From: Malacoraja senta
Taxonomy: Eukaryota
Assembly: GCA_038087875.1 (NCBI GenBank)
Contig: CM075990.1
Span: 11,782,001-11,846,000 of the forward strand
Reading direction: 5' to 3'
Length of the DNA stretch: 64,000 nucleotides
The position numbers and the translations under genes are program-made. Shown piece by piece: positions 38,761 through 51,565 of this stretch. Every line of letters starts with the position of its first letter. The first letter of the stretch is position 1. The notes beneath the pieces are model-generated. The model was not told the DNA's origin. It ran no database searches and saw only the letters and a list, made by a program, of their open reading frames with translations.

Positions 38761-39123
38761 TGTGTGTGTGTGTATGTGGATGGGTGCTGGATAGTTTGTC
38801 TGTGAGCATGTGTAACCGTGTGGAGTTGGTAGGGGTATGTTGCATATGTGGGTGAGTGTTCGGTGTGTGTGTGTATTGAGTGTGGGCATTCTGGTATGGG
38901 TCTGTATGTGAGTGCACGTGAATGTTGAGCGTGCGTGTGCAGGAAGGAACTGCAGATGCTGGTTTAAACCGAAGATAGACACTAAAAGCTGGAGTAACTC
39001 AGCTGGGACAGGCAGAAGGTCTGGGGAGAAAGAATGGGTGGCATTTCGCGTCTGAAGAAGGGTCTCAACCCGGAACGTCACCCATTCCTTCTCTCCAGAG
39101 ATGCTGCCTGTCCCGCTGAGTTA

Positions 39124-39300
39124 AGGGCCTGTCCCACTTGGGCGTCATTTGCGCGCATGGCGTGCATTACCCACGCATGGTGCGTGGTGACGTAGGCGGT
39201 GACGCGCGGTCTCGGGCGGCACCCCAGGATTTTGGGATTCACAAAATCTTCGTGCGCCACTTGCGTGAGGCGCAAATGACGCCCAAGTGGGACAGGCCCT
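39124..39300. mobile_element. PIF/Harbinger-type MITE (subfamily B, short)
   Basis: Long TIRs, TTA duplicated. Removing it restores cccgctgagTTActccagc. Confidence 0.88.
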
Positions 39301-40216
39301 TTACTCCAGCTTTTAGTGTCTTGGGTGTGTGTGTGTGTGTGTTTGACAGTGTGGGTGTGTATGAGTGGGTGTGAGTGCGTTGTGTGTATGTGCATGTATG
39401 TAAGTGTTCATTGTGTACATGTGAATGTCTGTACGGGTGTCGTGAGTGAGTGTTACACATGTGTACGTGTGGTGTGTGTGTGTTGGGAAGTGATCAGTAT
39501 TGAACGAGACGTTCCTTCACCCCAAAGATGTTGCCTCACCCGCTGAGTTTCTCCAGCATTTTTGTCTAGTAGTGAACGAGGTGTGTTTTTCCAAACTGCC
39601 CCTCTGTCATCATAATCCGACTGCAGCAACCTATTGGATTTGACTCGGTAGCTTGTTCTTGCCTGCAAGGTCTTACTCGCCTTCCTTCAAGACAGATGCG
39701 CTTTTATAACTTCCGCTCCCAACAACTCCTAAGCCTGCTTGTTGAGCCTTTCTCCCTGTGAAAAATCCAGGCTCCACGGACCACCCGTACACAAGTGCCT
39801 GTGAGAAACGTCCTGCCAAACGCACCACACATCTCGCACGTGGACTCCCTCCCAGCAAGAGCGCGGTTTCTCCGCGCAGCGTTACACTGCCTCTTCTGTG
39901 TCAGAACTCTGGGGAATGCCCTGACATCTTTCCGTTCCTGATTTACGACTTGGAAACGTCATAGATGTTTATTTAGAAGGCCCCGCGCCATGAAATAAAT
40001 GCTCCCTTTCTTACACTTGCAGATTGTCCTGGAACACGTCGAGGCTTTATATGCATGTGCCAAGTCCAAACTGGGCAACTGCTGCCCCTGTGAAGTAGTT
40101 GCACTGTGTTCTAATATGTAGTTGGACAACTCCCTGTTCCTTCATCCTCCCTGTCGATCGGTCACCGAGATCCCAACGCCAGGTCAAGGTCACCTACAGA
40201 TCTAAATACAGATCTG

Positions 40217-40920
40217 TGCGGCACTGTGGCACAGCGGTAGAGTTACTGCCGCTCTCTCTCTCCCTTCCAACCCCCCTCCCTCACACCAACCCCCCCCCAC
40301 CCCTCTATCTCCCCTCAAACCCCACCTCATTCACCCCCCCTCTCATATTTGCACCCCTGGTTTCAACCCCCTCTATTTCCCCCCTCCCCTCATTCACTCC
40401 CCCTCCCCTCCTTCCCTCACCTTTTTATCTCTCCCTTTTCTCCCTCTATCTCTCACCTCCCCTCCCCTCCCCGCCCCCTCCATTTGCCCCTCTCTCTCCC
40501 TCATTTCACCCTCCACACTCTCCCTTCCACCCATCCCCCTCAATCCCTCTCTCTCTCTCTCCCCCACCCCTCCCTCTCTCCCCTCTCTATTTCCCCCTCC
40601 TCTACATCACACTCACCCCCCTCCTCTCTCTCATTCACCCCCTTCCTCCCTCATTTCACCCTCCACACTCTCTCTCCCTCCCTCACACCCACCCCCCCCC
40701 TAAATCCGTCTCCCCTCTCCCTCCCCCCTCAAAATCTCTCTCTCCCCCTCACCAGAGACCCAGATTTGATCCTGACTGCGGGTGCTGTCTGTATGGAGTT
40801 TGTACGTTGTCCCCGTGACCGTGTGTAGGATGGTGCAAGCGTACCGGGTGATCGCTGGTCAGCGTGGACTCGGTGGGCTGAAGGGCCTGTTTCCACACAG
40901 TAAGTCTAAAGTCTAAAGAC
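40217..40920 (+). mobile_element. V-SINE split by a ~500 bp C/T-rich tract
   Basis: Head ..GTAGAGTTACTGCC at 40236-40250 resumes as CACCAGAGACCCAG at ~40750. Confidence 0.78.
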
Positions 40921-41689
40921 ATTGGAGTGGAGAGTCATTTTCTATCATTGGTGAAGAATGAGCTTAAAGAGCATGGATCGGGCATTCCCAACAGTCTCTT
41001 TGAAGTCAATGGAGCTGAATTTTTGGAGTTGCCTGTTTTTCGCAGACACTTCTGCATGATGAAGGCATAAGTACATGTCCCTACCCACATTTGTTTTCTT
41101 ATGGGAACAAAAACAATCTCATTCCAGTAAATGTAAGGATCTGTGGAGCAGTACAAAGATCTGCCGATTGCTCAGTCAGGAGTCCAAAAGCCCGTCTGGA
41201 AAATTGTACGGGCAATGAAAGTGAGAGGCACGATCTGCATTTCTATAGGGCTTTCCTCATCCTCAGATACGTTTAGATTTGGGTTTATTCTTTTCATGTG
41301 TACCGTGGTACAGTGAAAAACCTGTGCATGCAGTTCTGATAATACTATGGATAAATACAACCAAGTTAAACTCAGGTACAATGGGTAGAACAAATGAGAA
41401 GATACACATTGCAGAATTTAGTTCTCGGCATTGTAGTCTGCCAGTTCCAGAGACAAAATCCAATGTCCACAATGGGGCAGAGGAGAATTGGACAGTACCT
41501 TACATTATGGTAGGATTGTTCAGAAGCCTGATAACAGAGGAGAATAAGTTGTTACCGAGTCTGGTGGTGTGCTCTTTCCGGCTTCCGTTTGTTCATCCTG
41601 ATGGGAGTGGGGATAAGGAGGAATAGCCGGGGTGGGATTTCACCTGTACTTTGCAGCCCAATAGATTATTGTCGCTGCTTAATGCAGAG

Positions 41690-41990
41690 AAGGACTTTTT
41701 CCAGGAGGAAAATCCCACAAACAGCATGTGACAACAACCAGATAGTTTGTTTCAGTGAAGGTTGGAGGCCAGCACACCAGGGAGAATTTCCCACTCTCCT
41801 CAGAATGGTACCATGAGATCTTCTCAGGGAACAGATGGTGTCACGGTCCGACATCTCATCCAAATGGTGGATGCGTTTAAACCAAGCCATGTTGCTGAGC
41901 CCAAGATAGCCATCATGTATGCAAAAATCACTGCAGCCAAAGCACTCCGAGGTCAGTTCACCTTGTGAAGTACAGGTTAAAGACTGAAGG
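41690..41990 (-). mobile_element. Old Deu-domain-like SINE; shorter copy at 30500-30685
   Basis: - strand reads TTTGGATGAGATGTCGGACCG..AGATCTCATGGTACCATT..TTCTCCCTGGTGTGCTGGCC, resembling the DeuSINE core; 41845-41990 is repeated at 30500-30685. Confidence 0.5.
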
Positions 41991-42341
41991 GCTCCCCCTT
42001 CCCTCCCCTTCCCTCCCCCCCCCACCCATCCCCTCCCCCCTCCCCCGCAACGCTGCTGCCTCCACCTTCTCCCCCGGAGTCATCGACATACTCCACCTTG
42101 GAAATGACAACAGATGAGATGGGAGGGAGCCCCAGGGTGACCAAGAGGGCACACTGAAACACGCCATCATTGGAAATGATTTCGGCTAAGGTTTAGATTT
42201 GGGTTTATTCTTTTCATGTGCAGTGAAAATCGATTTTCAACCTGTACTGTGAAACCTCTCGATGAGATGAAACACTCACTAAGCACAAGCAGAACAAAAG
42301 TTAAAGAACATATAATGCCACAGTCATTTATTGTTTTTATT

Positions 42342-42541
42342 NNNNNNNNNNNNNNNNNNNNNNNNNNNNNNNNNNNNNNNNNNNNNNNNNNNNNNNNNNN
42401 NNNNNNNNNNNNNNNNNNNNNNNNNNNNNNNNNNNNNNNNNNNNNNNNNNNNNNNNNNNNNNNNNNNNNNNNNNNNNNNNNNNNNNNNNNNNNNNNNNNN
42501 NNNNNNNNNNNNNNNNNNNNNNNNNNNNNNNNNNNNNNNNN
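42342..42541. other. Assembly gap (200 N)
   Basis: Run of N; true size unknown. Confidence 0.99.
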
Positions 42542-43227
42542 GAGAGACCTGCAGTTAATCTGCTCTTATTGATGCCGCTGCTCTTTCTGAATCTCGGGAA
42601 AGAATGATAGGCGCCATTGTTTCACACGGGCCGAGCTGTAGTGGAAAGACAAACAGTGCTGTTGACAAGCAAGCACGCTTTAGCTGACAGGCGTGCTGTC
42701 ACTGTCGACGGGGCAGGTAATGACACACTGTGACTGCCTTTGGGGTGGAAGGAGGGAGTGAGAGGAGACATGAGAGCAGGCCGGGAGGGCAGCGCATCTG
42801 GTTGACGTTACAACTCCCGGGATGGTTAATTTTCCTCAGTTTGGCGGCCTCCAAGGTGCGGAAAGAATCCATCTTGAAACCTGTGTGTGTCAGCTGAGGT
42901 GGGGGGATGACTGACTGCGAATACCGGGAGTAGAAAAGGGCATTTTGGCCCTCGTTGGCAGAGAGCTAAACCAAACAATTTTTTTTTTCATTATCTGAAC
43001 TGAAAGATACTGTAAACACATTAGGCTGGAGAAAATGTGCTGTGCACTTGTTATGACACCAGACTTGATTGATTAAGTGCTGGAACTCTCTGTAACTCCT
43101 GCCTCTATCTCAGGATAATGGACGGCCCTTGTGACTCATCTCTTGTAATGTATATTAAATGCCGCTCAGTTAAACTATGGTGAGATACTCTCTGGTAATC
43201 TCCATCCCTCTCCTTGTAACCCCGCAG

Positions 43228-43449
43228 GGACAGACTATGGAGATATGCTGCCTGAGTCCTTTCCATCATCAGCTGCCGAGCCTCTGCCGCGGTTCCTGGT
43301 CGAGCCAAGCGACGCCTACATCGTAAAGAACAAGCCAGTGGTGATGGCATGTACGGCCACCCCAGCCACACAGATCTACTTCAAGTGCAACGGTGACTGG
43401 GTGCATCAGAAGGACCACGTCACCGAGGAGAACGTGGATGAAGTCACAG
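43228..43449 (+). CDS. UNC5B: Netrin receptor UNC5 coding exon (exon 2 equivalent; N-terminal half of Ig1)
   Basis: Acceptor cccgcAG|GG, donor CAG|GTAAGG, 222 nt, phase 1-1. Encodes (G)[73 protein letters not shown](G), closely resembling UNC5B ([41 protein letters not shown]). Paralog choice is from recalled sequence. Confidence 0.93.
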
Positions 43450-43460
43450 GTAAGGTTTTG

Positions 43461-43977
43461 GGAGTGCAGCGTAGGTTCACCCGGATAATTCCCGGGATGG
43501 CGGGACTGACATATGATGAAAGAATGGATCGACTGGGCTTATATTCACTGGAATTTCGTGGGATGAGATGGGATCTTATAGAAACTAATACAAATATTAA
43601 GGAATTGGACAGGCGAGATGCAGGAAAAATGTTCCTGATGTTGGGGGAGTCGAGAACCAGGGTTCACACAGTTTAAGAATAAGGGATAGGCCATTTAGGA
43701 CTGAGATGAGGAAAAACATTTTCACCCAGAGAGTTATGAATCTGTGGAATTCTCTGCCACAGAAGGCAGTGGAGGCCAATTCACTGGATGTTTTCAAGAG
43801 ATAGTTAGATATAGCTCTTAGATCTAACTAATCAAGGGATTATGGGGAGAAAGATATATGGGGAGAAAGCAGGAACGCGGAACTGATTTTGGATGATCAG
43901 CCATGATCATATTGAATGGCGGTGCTGGTTCGAAATGCTGAATGGCCTACTCCTGCACCTATTTTCGATATCTCTAT
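43461..43977 (+). mobile_element. CR1-clade LINE 3' fragment immediately after the exon 2 donor
   Basis: [33 protein letters not shown]1 3' UTR; GTTTTG on both sides. Confidence 0.88.
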
Positions 43978-44653
43978 GTTTTGAACCAGGGATGAGTCGG
44001 GTAACCTCTGATGAGCATTTGGCGGCACTGGGCCTGTACTAACTGGAGTTTAGAAGTATGAAGGGGGGACCGCATTGAAACGTACAGAATAATGAAAGGC
44101 TTGGATAGAGTGGATGTGGAGAGGATGTTTCCACTAGTGGGAGAGTCTAGGACTGGAGGTCATCCCCCTGCATTAACACTATCCCACACACACTAGGGAC
44201 AATTTTACATTACACCAAGCCAATTAACCTATAAACCTGGACATCTTTGGAGTGAGGGAGGAAACCGAAGATCTCGGAGAAAACCCCACACAGGTCACAG
44301 GGAGAACGTACAAACTCTGTACAGACAGCACCTGTAGTCATGATTGAACCCGGGTCTCTGGCGCAGAAAGCGCTGTAAGGCAGCAACTCTACCGCTGCGC
44401 CACCTTGCCGTCTTGCAGTTAGAGTCTTAGAGTCATACAGCGATACAGTGTGGAAACAGGCCCTTTGGCACTACTTGCCCACACCAGCCAACATGTCCCA
44501 CCTACACCAGCCCCACCTGCTCGCATTTGGTCCATATCCCTCCAAACCTGTCCTATCCATGTGCGTCTATAACTGTTTCTTAAACGTTGGGATAGTCCCT
44601 GCCTCAACTACCTCCTCTGGCAGCTTGTTCCATACACCCACCACTTTAAATTA

Positions 44654-45084
44654 AGGGGCTGTCCCACTGCGGTAACCTAATTGGCGAGTTTAGAAAAGTT
44701 TGAAAAAATGTCATGTTGAAGACCTCCTTCAACTATGTATAAGATCCTTTGACTATGTTGAAGACTATCTACGACTACCTTCGACTACCCTCAATTACCT
44801 ACGACTAACGTGCTGACCTACTACGACTTACTTCAACTAAACCTACGAGTAAAAAAAGTATAGATTTTTTCCATGGAGACCTTTTTTTAATCGCGGGCAT
44901 TTTTCAACATGTTGAAAAATACGCCGCGACCTAGCTGAGGCCTCGAATACGCGGGGACTACTCTCAAGCATGAAGGAGAGTTACAAAGACCTCCTAGGAC
45001 CTCTTGTCGACCATGCTGCGAGTATGAGTCGAGGGCAAACTCGGCAGAACTTGCGGATTAGGTCGCCACAGTGGGACAGCCCCT
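44654..45084. mobile_element. PIF/Harbinger-type MITE (subfamily C)
   Basis: TIRs AGGGGCTGTCCCACTG / CAGTGGGACAGCCCCT, TTA duplicated, inside a LINE tail. Confidence 0.85.
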
Positions 45085-45273
45085 TTACACCTCAGATTCC
45101 TATTAAGTCTTTTCCCCTTCACCTTAAACCTATGTCCTCTGGTGCAAATGGGGAAAGCTAATTAACAGACATCATTGGTAATTTAAAGTGTAGGAAGGAA
45201 CTGCAGATGCTGGTTTAAACAGAAGAGTAACTCAGAGTTGATCCAGCACTTTGTGTCTATCTTTGGTGATTTA

Positions 45274-45520
45274 AGGGCCCGTCCCACTTGGCGATTTAAT
45301 TCGGCGATTGCCGGCATCATTGACTGACGTATCAGGTCACCGAAACATTCGCAGCGTGATGCAGCGGTTCCGCGGCGTGAAGACGTTTGACGGGCGGTGT
45401 TTTTTCAAGTGTCGCAACATCTTTTTTGCCGCCGCTGGATTTTGAAACGTTCAAAATCTTTTGGCGACACTGATATGATGCAGGCAGTCGCCGAAAAAAT
45501 CGGCAAGTGGGACAGGCCCT
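45274..45520. mobile_element. PIF/Harbinger-type MITE (subfamily D)
   Basis: TIRs AGGGCCCGTCCCACTTG / CAAGTGGGACAGGCCCT; flanks TTA / TAA. Confidence 0.8.
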
Positions 45521-45936
45521 TAAATGTTCTTCCATTTGAAGACTTGGTGAGGCAAGTACTTTATGTCACCACAGTGGTTGAGTAATTGGCCAAGACGCCG
45601 TGGTTCTGAGTCATTGATTCAAAGACATGAGTTCATGTTTCATTATGGCAACTGGGAATTTAACTTCAAGTAATTGTGAATTGTAAATTGCCCCTTGTGT
45701 GTAGGGAGTGGATGAGAAAGTGGGATAACATTGAAGTAGTGTGAACAGGTGATTGATGTTTGGCATAGAGTCGATGGGCCAAATGGGCTGTTTGTTTCCA
45801 TGCACCATCTCCAAACTAAACTGAACTGTGTCCATCATTTGGCTCCTACTCCTCGCCGCAAGGGGCAGTGAGGATATTAACCACAGCCTCCTAACCTTGA
45901 ATCTAACCTTGAACTCTGCCAGGGTTAACTCAGTGC

Positions 45937-46172
45937 CAAAGATAGACACAAAATGCTGGAGTAACTCAGCGGGACAGGCAGCATCTCTGGAGAGAAGGAA
46001 TGGGTGACGTTTCGGGTCGAGACCCTCCTTCGAAACATCAGTCTGAAGAAGGGTCTCAACCCGAAACGTCACCCATTCCTTCTATCCAGAGATGCTGCCT
46101 GTCCCGCTGAGTTACTCCAGCATTTTGTGTCTATCTTTGCCGTAAACCAGCATCTGCGGTTCCTTCCTACAC
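45937..46172. mobile_element. Fold-back Penelope-like terminal repeat insertion with hammerhead-like core
   Basis: Two inverted ~95 bp arms; CTGAAGAAGGGTCTCAACCCGAAACGTC at 46043-46070. Confidence 0.7.
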
Positions 46173-46753
46173 ATTATCCGTGCGCCAGTCAGCCTCCTCG
46201 CCTCGGCACCCAACATTCCTGCACAGGCTGGGTGCAGCGAACTCACGCCCGTCTCGGGCGAGCGGAGGGAAACGGCTGCTTTTTCACCCTCCAGCCCTCG
46301 GGCGTCTCACTGGAAATTTTGCTCAGACCGCATTTAATTTTACACACCCTAGTTTGCAGACGGAGCTGATCGGTGGGCAGAGCACAAACGGGCGACTGCT
46401 TTAACCGAAGCTAAATGCTTATGTGTGTTTATGTTACTTGCAGAGCTCGGCAGCCTTTGAACAGGCCTATAATTATGCATTCAGCATGCTGTCTCCACAA
46501 TGTCTGTTCTTGAATGGAGCTGCTAGCGTGTTTCTGCTGAGATGCAATATTTCTTCTCTTGCACATATTAAGTACATATGTTTTCATTTAATCTCTGCTT
46601 CCTGTTTGCTTAACAAGACAGAAAAATGTAGCCTTTATAAGAAGCACTTATCTCCCCATTGCTAATTAACTTTCTTCTTTCCAACCATAACAGATACCGA
46701 AAACTGCCTCCCTGTATTTAGCAGCAGAGACTAAAGCACAGGAGGTCATCTAA

Positions 46754-46936
46754 AGGGCCTGTCCCACTTGGCCATTTTTTCAGCGACTGCCGGCATCATG
46801 TCAGTGTTTTGCCAAAAGATTTTGAACATTTCAAAATCCAGTGGCGACAAAATTATGTTGCGACACTTGAAAAAACACCGGTGCCAGTCAATGATGCCGG
46901 CTGTCACCGAAAAAATCGGCAAGTGGGACAGGCCCT
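46754..46936. mobile_element. PIF/Harbinger-type MITE (subfamily D)
   Basis: Same TIRs, TAA duplicated; interior is a shorter, inverted relative of 45274-45520. Confidence 0.85.
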
Positions 46937-47949
46937 TAACCCTTCATGTTCCAGCTTCTGAGTTGGAGTTGCCAGATTCCCTTTCCCCTTTCCCGGCTTC
47001 TTGCACAGATTTCAACGGCGTATATGCGCAGGAGGAGGCTTTTCACCCGTCAAGTCTATGCCAGCTCCAAGGAGAGCATTCCTGTCAATACCATTTCCAC
47101 GGTGGCTCAGCTGGTTGAGCCTCTGCCTCACAGTGCCAGAGTCCCGGGTTCGATCCTGACGTCGGGCGCTATCTGCGGGGAGTTCCTTGTGACCGCGTGG
47201 GTTTCCTCCAGGTGCTCCGGTTTCCTCCCACACGCCAAAGACGTGCGGTTTGTCGGTTAATTGGCTCCCTGTAAATTGCCCCCCTCCCCCCCCGGTACGT
47301 ATGATAGAACTAGTGTATGCTGTACGGGGGATCGCTGGTCGGCACGGACTCGGTGGGCCGAAGGGCCTGTTTCCACGTTGTACCTTTTTAACTGAACTCA
47401 ACTAAACTAAAAGAATGTGCCATCCATGGAAGGACTGCATACAACAGGCAATCAAAGCTGCTCTATCCAGAATCTATCGGCATACAGCATGGATCAAGTG
47501 ACCCCCTTCTGTGGGCTTGGATCATTCTTTGAAATGGTGAACAACAATTCGAACTGCTCCTTAGGTTATGTAACGCAAGAACACAACAAATAGGGAGGCC
47601 ACCTGGCCGTTCAGGTTTGTCTCCCCATTCCATATGATCACCACTGATCTATGCTCGTCTCAATGCCTCTTCTGTGCCAATTCCCCAAAGCCATCAATTA
47701 CCTGATCTTTCAACAACAACAAAATCTATCTCCACTTTAAATACCTCTCATGATACAGCCTGCACAAGACACTTGGTAGAGAATTCAGGAGATTCACCTC
47801 TCGCTGTTTTATATCAGTTTAGTTTAGAGATACAGCACGGAAACAGGCCTGTTTCTACCCAGCCAAGCTACCCCACCCCTCTACTCTGTTCTGTATCTTG
47901 TATGGTTCAAAAAGATCAATGCCTATTTCTCCAAGCTATAGGGAATATA

Positions 47950-48320
47950 GGTCGCACCCTGGCCACTCCCTCTTCTCCCCTCTCCCACCAAGCAAAAGGT
48001 ATAGAAGTGTGAAAACGCACACCACCAGATTCGGGGACAGTTTCTTCCCAGCTGTTATCAGGCAACTGAATCATCCTACCACAACCAGGGAGCAGTGCTG
48101 AACTACTATCTACCACTTAGATGACCCTCGGACTATCTTTGATCGGACTTTGCTGGCTTTACCCTGCACTAAACGTTATTCCCTTATCATGTATCTATAC
48201 ACTGTAAATGGATCGATTGTGATCATGTATTGTGTTTCTGCTGACTGGTTAGCATGCAACAAAAAGCTTTTTCACTGTATCTCGGTACACGTGACAATAA
48301 ACTGAACTGAAACTGAACTA
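47950..48320 (+). mobile_element. Rex1/Babar-type LINE 3' fragment (second family)
   Basis: SHPGHSLFSPLPPSKRYRSVKTHTTRFGDSFFPAVIRQLN; AATAAA and (ACTGA)n tail. Confidence 0.8.
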
Positions 48321-49005
48321 AAAGGTTTAATGACTTGAACTCTTGGGCCAAGTAAGACTTGACTAAACCCCAATAACTGAGAGGAGCAGAGTTTGTCCCC
48401 CAGTCTATTCCCTTCCACTGAACGCAATCTGCAAAATCCATGCATGACGACAATGCAATTGCAAGATAAGTTAACCAGCGGCAGAGGTGGGCAGGCTGGT
48501 GAGGGACCAGTTAAGTGCAGCAGTTCTCTGGTGTAGAGTTTCAATGGAAAATGTCAGACATATCAAATAACCAGCTCTTTATTTACTCAGTGCAGCGACC
48601 CAGAAACATTTCCCAAAGCTATCCCTCTCTAATGTACTTTATATTTACCCTAATGTATCCGGTCTCAATAGGTCAGTACCAGCATAAATAACCAGCTTTG
48701 TTTCTGCCATTCAAGCCCTTCCCTCAAGCAGATCTACTTTCAATTAAGGTTCAGAAATTGCCTTGTTGTACAAGCATTCGGCAAAGGCCTCCCAAATTCT
48801 CCCAGCATTTAATGATTTTGTTAGAATAGCAGTGAGCAGCAATCTATTGTATGTGTGTCTGTGGCTGCTTTAACCTCCAGTGCTGCCCTCGTATTCTCGT
48901 TGCCCTCAGAGACTCTCGTTGAAGCTCACCTCTTTGACCAACTGAGCCAGATTTTGACTTGCTCATGCACCTGTAGATATTTCACCATCAGCACTGTATA
49001 CATCC

Positions 49006-49712
49006 TGAGTGAGTGAGTGAGTGAGTGAGTGTGTGAATGAGTGTGTGAGTGTGTGTGTGTGAGTGTGTGAGTGAGTGTGTGAGTGTGTGAGTGAGTGTGA
49101 ATGAGTGTGACTGTGCGTGTGTGTGAGTGAGTGTGTGAGTGTGTGTGAGTGAGTGAGTGTGTGTGAATGTGTGAGTGAGTGAGTGAGTGAGTGTGTGAGT
49201 GTGTGAGTGTGTGAGTGTGTGTGTGTGTGCGTGTGTGCGTGTGTGCGTGTGAGCGTGTGAGCGTGTGAGCGAGTGAGCGAGTGAGCGAGTGTGTGAGTGA
49301 GTGAGTGAGTGAGTGAGTGTGTAAGTGTGTGAGTGAGTGTGTGAATGAGTGAGTGAGTGTGTGTGTGAGTGAGTGTGTGTGAGTGTGTGTGTGAGTGTGT
49401 GAGTGAGTGTGTGAGTGTGAGTGAGTGAGTGAGTGTGTAAGTGTGTGTGAGTGAATGTGTGAGTGAGTGAGTTTTTGGTGTGTATGTGCATGTTGGTGTA
49501 TGTGTGCTGGTGTGTGTATTGGTGTGTGTGTGTTAGTGTATGTGTGTGAGTTGGTGTGTGTGTGTTGGCATGTGTGTGTGCTGGTGTGTGTGTGTGTTAG
49601 TGTGTGTGTATGTTGGCATGTTTGTGTGTTGGTGTGTGTGTGTGTGTGTTAGTGTGCGTTAGTGTGTGTGTATGTTGGCATGTGTGTGTGTTGGCGTGTG
49701 TGTCTGTGTGTG
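49006..49712. repeat. (GAGT/GT)n compound microsatellite
   Basis: Read directly from the sequence. Confidence 0.95.
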
Positions 49713-51377
49713 CATCACATACACAGTGATGTTGTGTTTCTTCCAGTAGCTTTCAACCCATAGTATCTCATAAGGTAGAAATATGTCCTAAGGCCTGTGA
49801 TGTCCATGTTGACCATCAGATATCTATCTATCCCATTTACCTGTCATGTAGTGGTGACATAGTGTTTCCTCCTTTATAAGAGTGGCTGCATTCAAACCAG
49901 GTCACTGCCTGTGAAACCAAATCTATGCAGGATTTGGTGAAACAGGGTCAAGGCCATCATTTAAAATAGAATTAATCAGAAACTTGAATTGAATTGATAG
50001 ATACAGCATGGAAACAGGCCCATTGACCCACTCAGTTCGACCATCCATCACCCTAGTTCTATCTAATCCCACTTTCTCATCCACATCCTACACCCAAGGG
50101 GCAATTTGCAAACCTGCACGCCTTCGGAATGTGGGAGGAAACCGGAGCACCCGGAGAAAACCCACGCAGTCACAAGGGGAATGCACAAACTCCGTACAGA
50201 CCGCACCCGTAGTCAGGATCGAACCTGGGTCTCTGGCGCTGTGAGGCAGCAACTCTACCCCTGCGCCACCGTGCCACCCCGGCTCATCTAAAGGCAGGCT
50301 ATCTATTTGAATTGCAAGGATGCAGCATGGTATTGTTCCACAATCTGACCATCCAAACCCTGTCTCTGAAGAACATATTGAGTAATGATTGCTGTTGAAA
50401 TCCGCGGGATTCATGTCAGGTATCACATCACATTCAGTTGATATTATACTGCAATATTTCTCTCCTTGCACCAGATTGGCATCAATATTCCTCATAACTC
50501 GGTGAACAGCATGAATTAAACTTAACTGCAGACACAATCCTCCACATATCTGATGTTATTACAGATAACAAACAATTTTAAAGTGGCAGCTGGCTACCAG
50601 TCTATCAATTGACATTCAAGTCAAGGAGCTTGGGACCAGGCCCTTCGGCCCAGCATGTCCATGATGTACACGTTTCATTCCTGTGTGTTCCTTGATCCTG
50701 CACCAATTAAACTGTGAGCAAACATTGGGCCTTGAATGGACTTGGCTCCATTTTAGCACATCAGTTTGTTGGTTGAGGGTGTAGTGCAGATGTCCTTAAG
50801 GCACCATCCGATTTACGGAGGAGAAGATCTGCATAAATATGAATGTAAACACATTTATAACGTTGTTTAAGAAGGAACTGCAGATGCTGGAAAATCGAAG
50901 GTGGACAAAAGTGCTGGAGAAACTCAGCGGGTGCGGCAGCATCTATGGAGCGAAGGAAATAGGCAACGTTTCCCATGAGAGTGAGCGTAATTTCAGCCAA
51001 GGCAAAGTATTTACTCATTGTTTTAGCCAGCATTTATTGTTCCCGCAGGTAGCTGCTAACAAAGATAAACTAGCCATCCGTTTTTCTTCTCATTGAAGGA
51101 TGATGTGGTACAGAGAATGGATGCTGCATTCTACCCACAAAGAAATTTCACAAACGGCTCTAAAGCATTGTTAGGTAATACATCAAGGATTCTTACTGGA
51201 GCTGGGAGGCAGACAGGAAATGGCGGGCAGGATTGCTGTCGTACCAGAGACTGGTGGAGGTTTGCCATCGAAACCGAATGTGGGGTGAAAATAACAAGAC
51301 TACAGATGCTGGAAATCTAAAATTCAAACAGTGAATGCTGGAAGTAATCGGCAGGTAGGGGAAGAGAATCAGAGTTC

Positions 51378-51565
51378 AAGGTAGACAAAATTGCTGGAGA
51401 AACTCAGCGGGTGCGGCAGCATCTATGGAGCGAAGGAAATAGGCAACGTTTCGACCCGAAACGTTGCCTATTTCCTTCGCTCCATAGATGCTGCCGCACC
51501 CGCTGAGTTTCTCCAGCAATTTTGTCTACCTTCGATTTTCCAGCATCTGCAGTTCCTTCTTAAAC
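51378..51565. mobile_element. Fold-back Penelope-like insertion (second subfamily)
   Basis: Perfect 76-bp inverted arms (51378-51453 / 51457-51532) with a 3-nt loop. Similar insertions at 8359-8570, 12239-12365, 16365-16560, 19330-19510, 21595-21805, 25250-25410, 38940-39320, 52484-52682 and 59124-59278. Confidence 0.7.

Noticed and set aside
38323..39081. 252-aa ORF
   Set aside because: Chance read-through of Penelope-like repeat, CA-rich low complexity and a CR1 fragment.
42191..42229. 30-bp repeat of 41271-41300 near the gap
   Set aside because: Best explained as another short LINE tail fragment or an assembly-edge effect.
42769..42804. ATG AGA GCA GGC.. as possible UNC5B exon 1
   Set aside because: Stops after 11 codons and has no hydrophobic signal peptide; exon 1 was not identified in this window.
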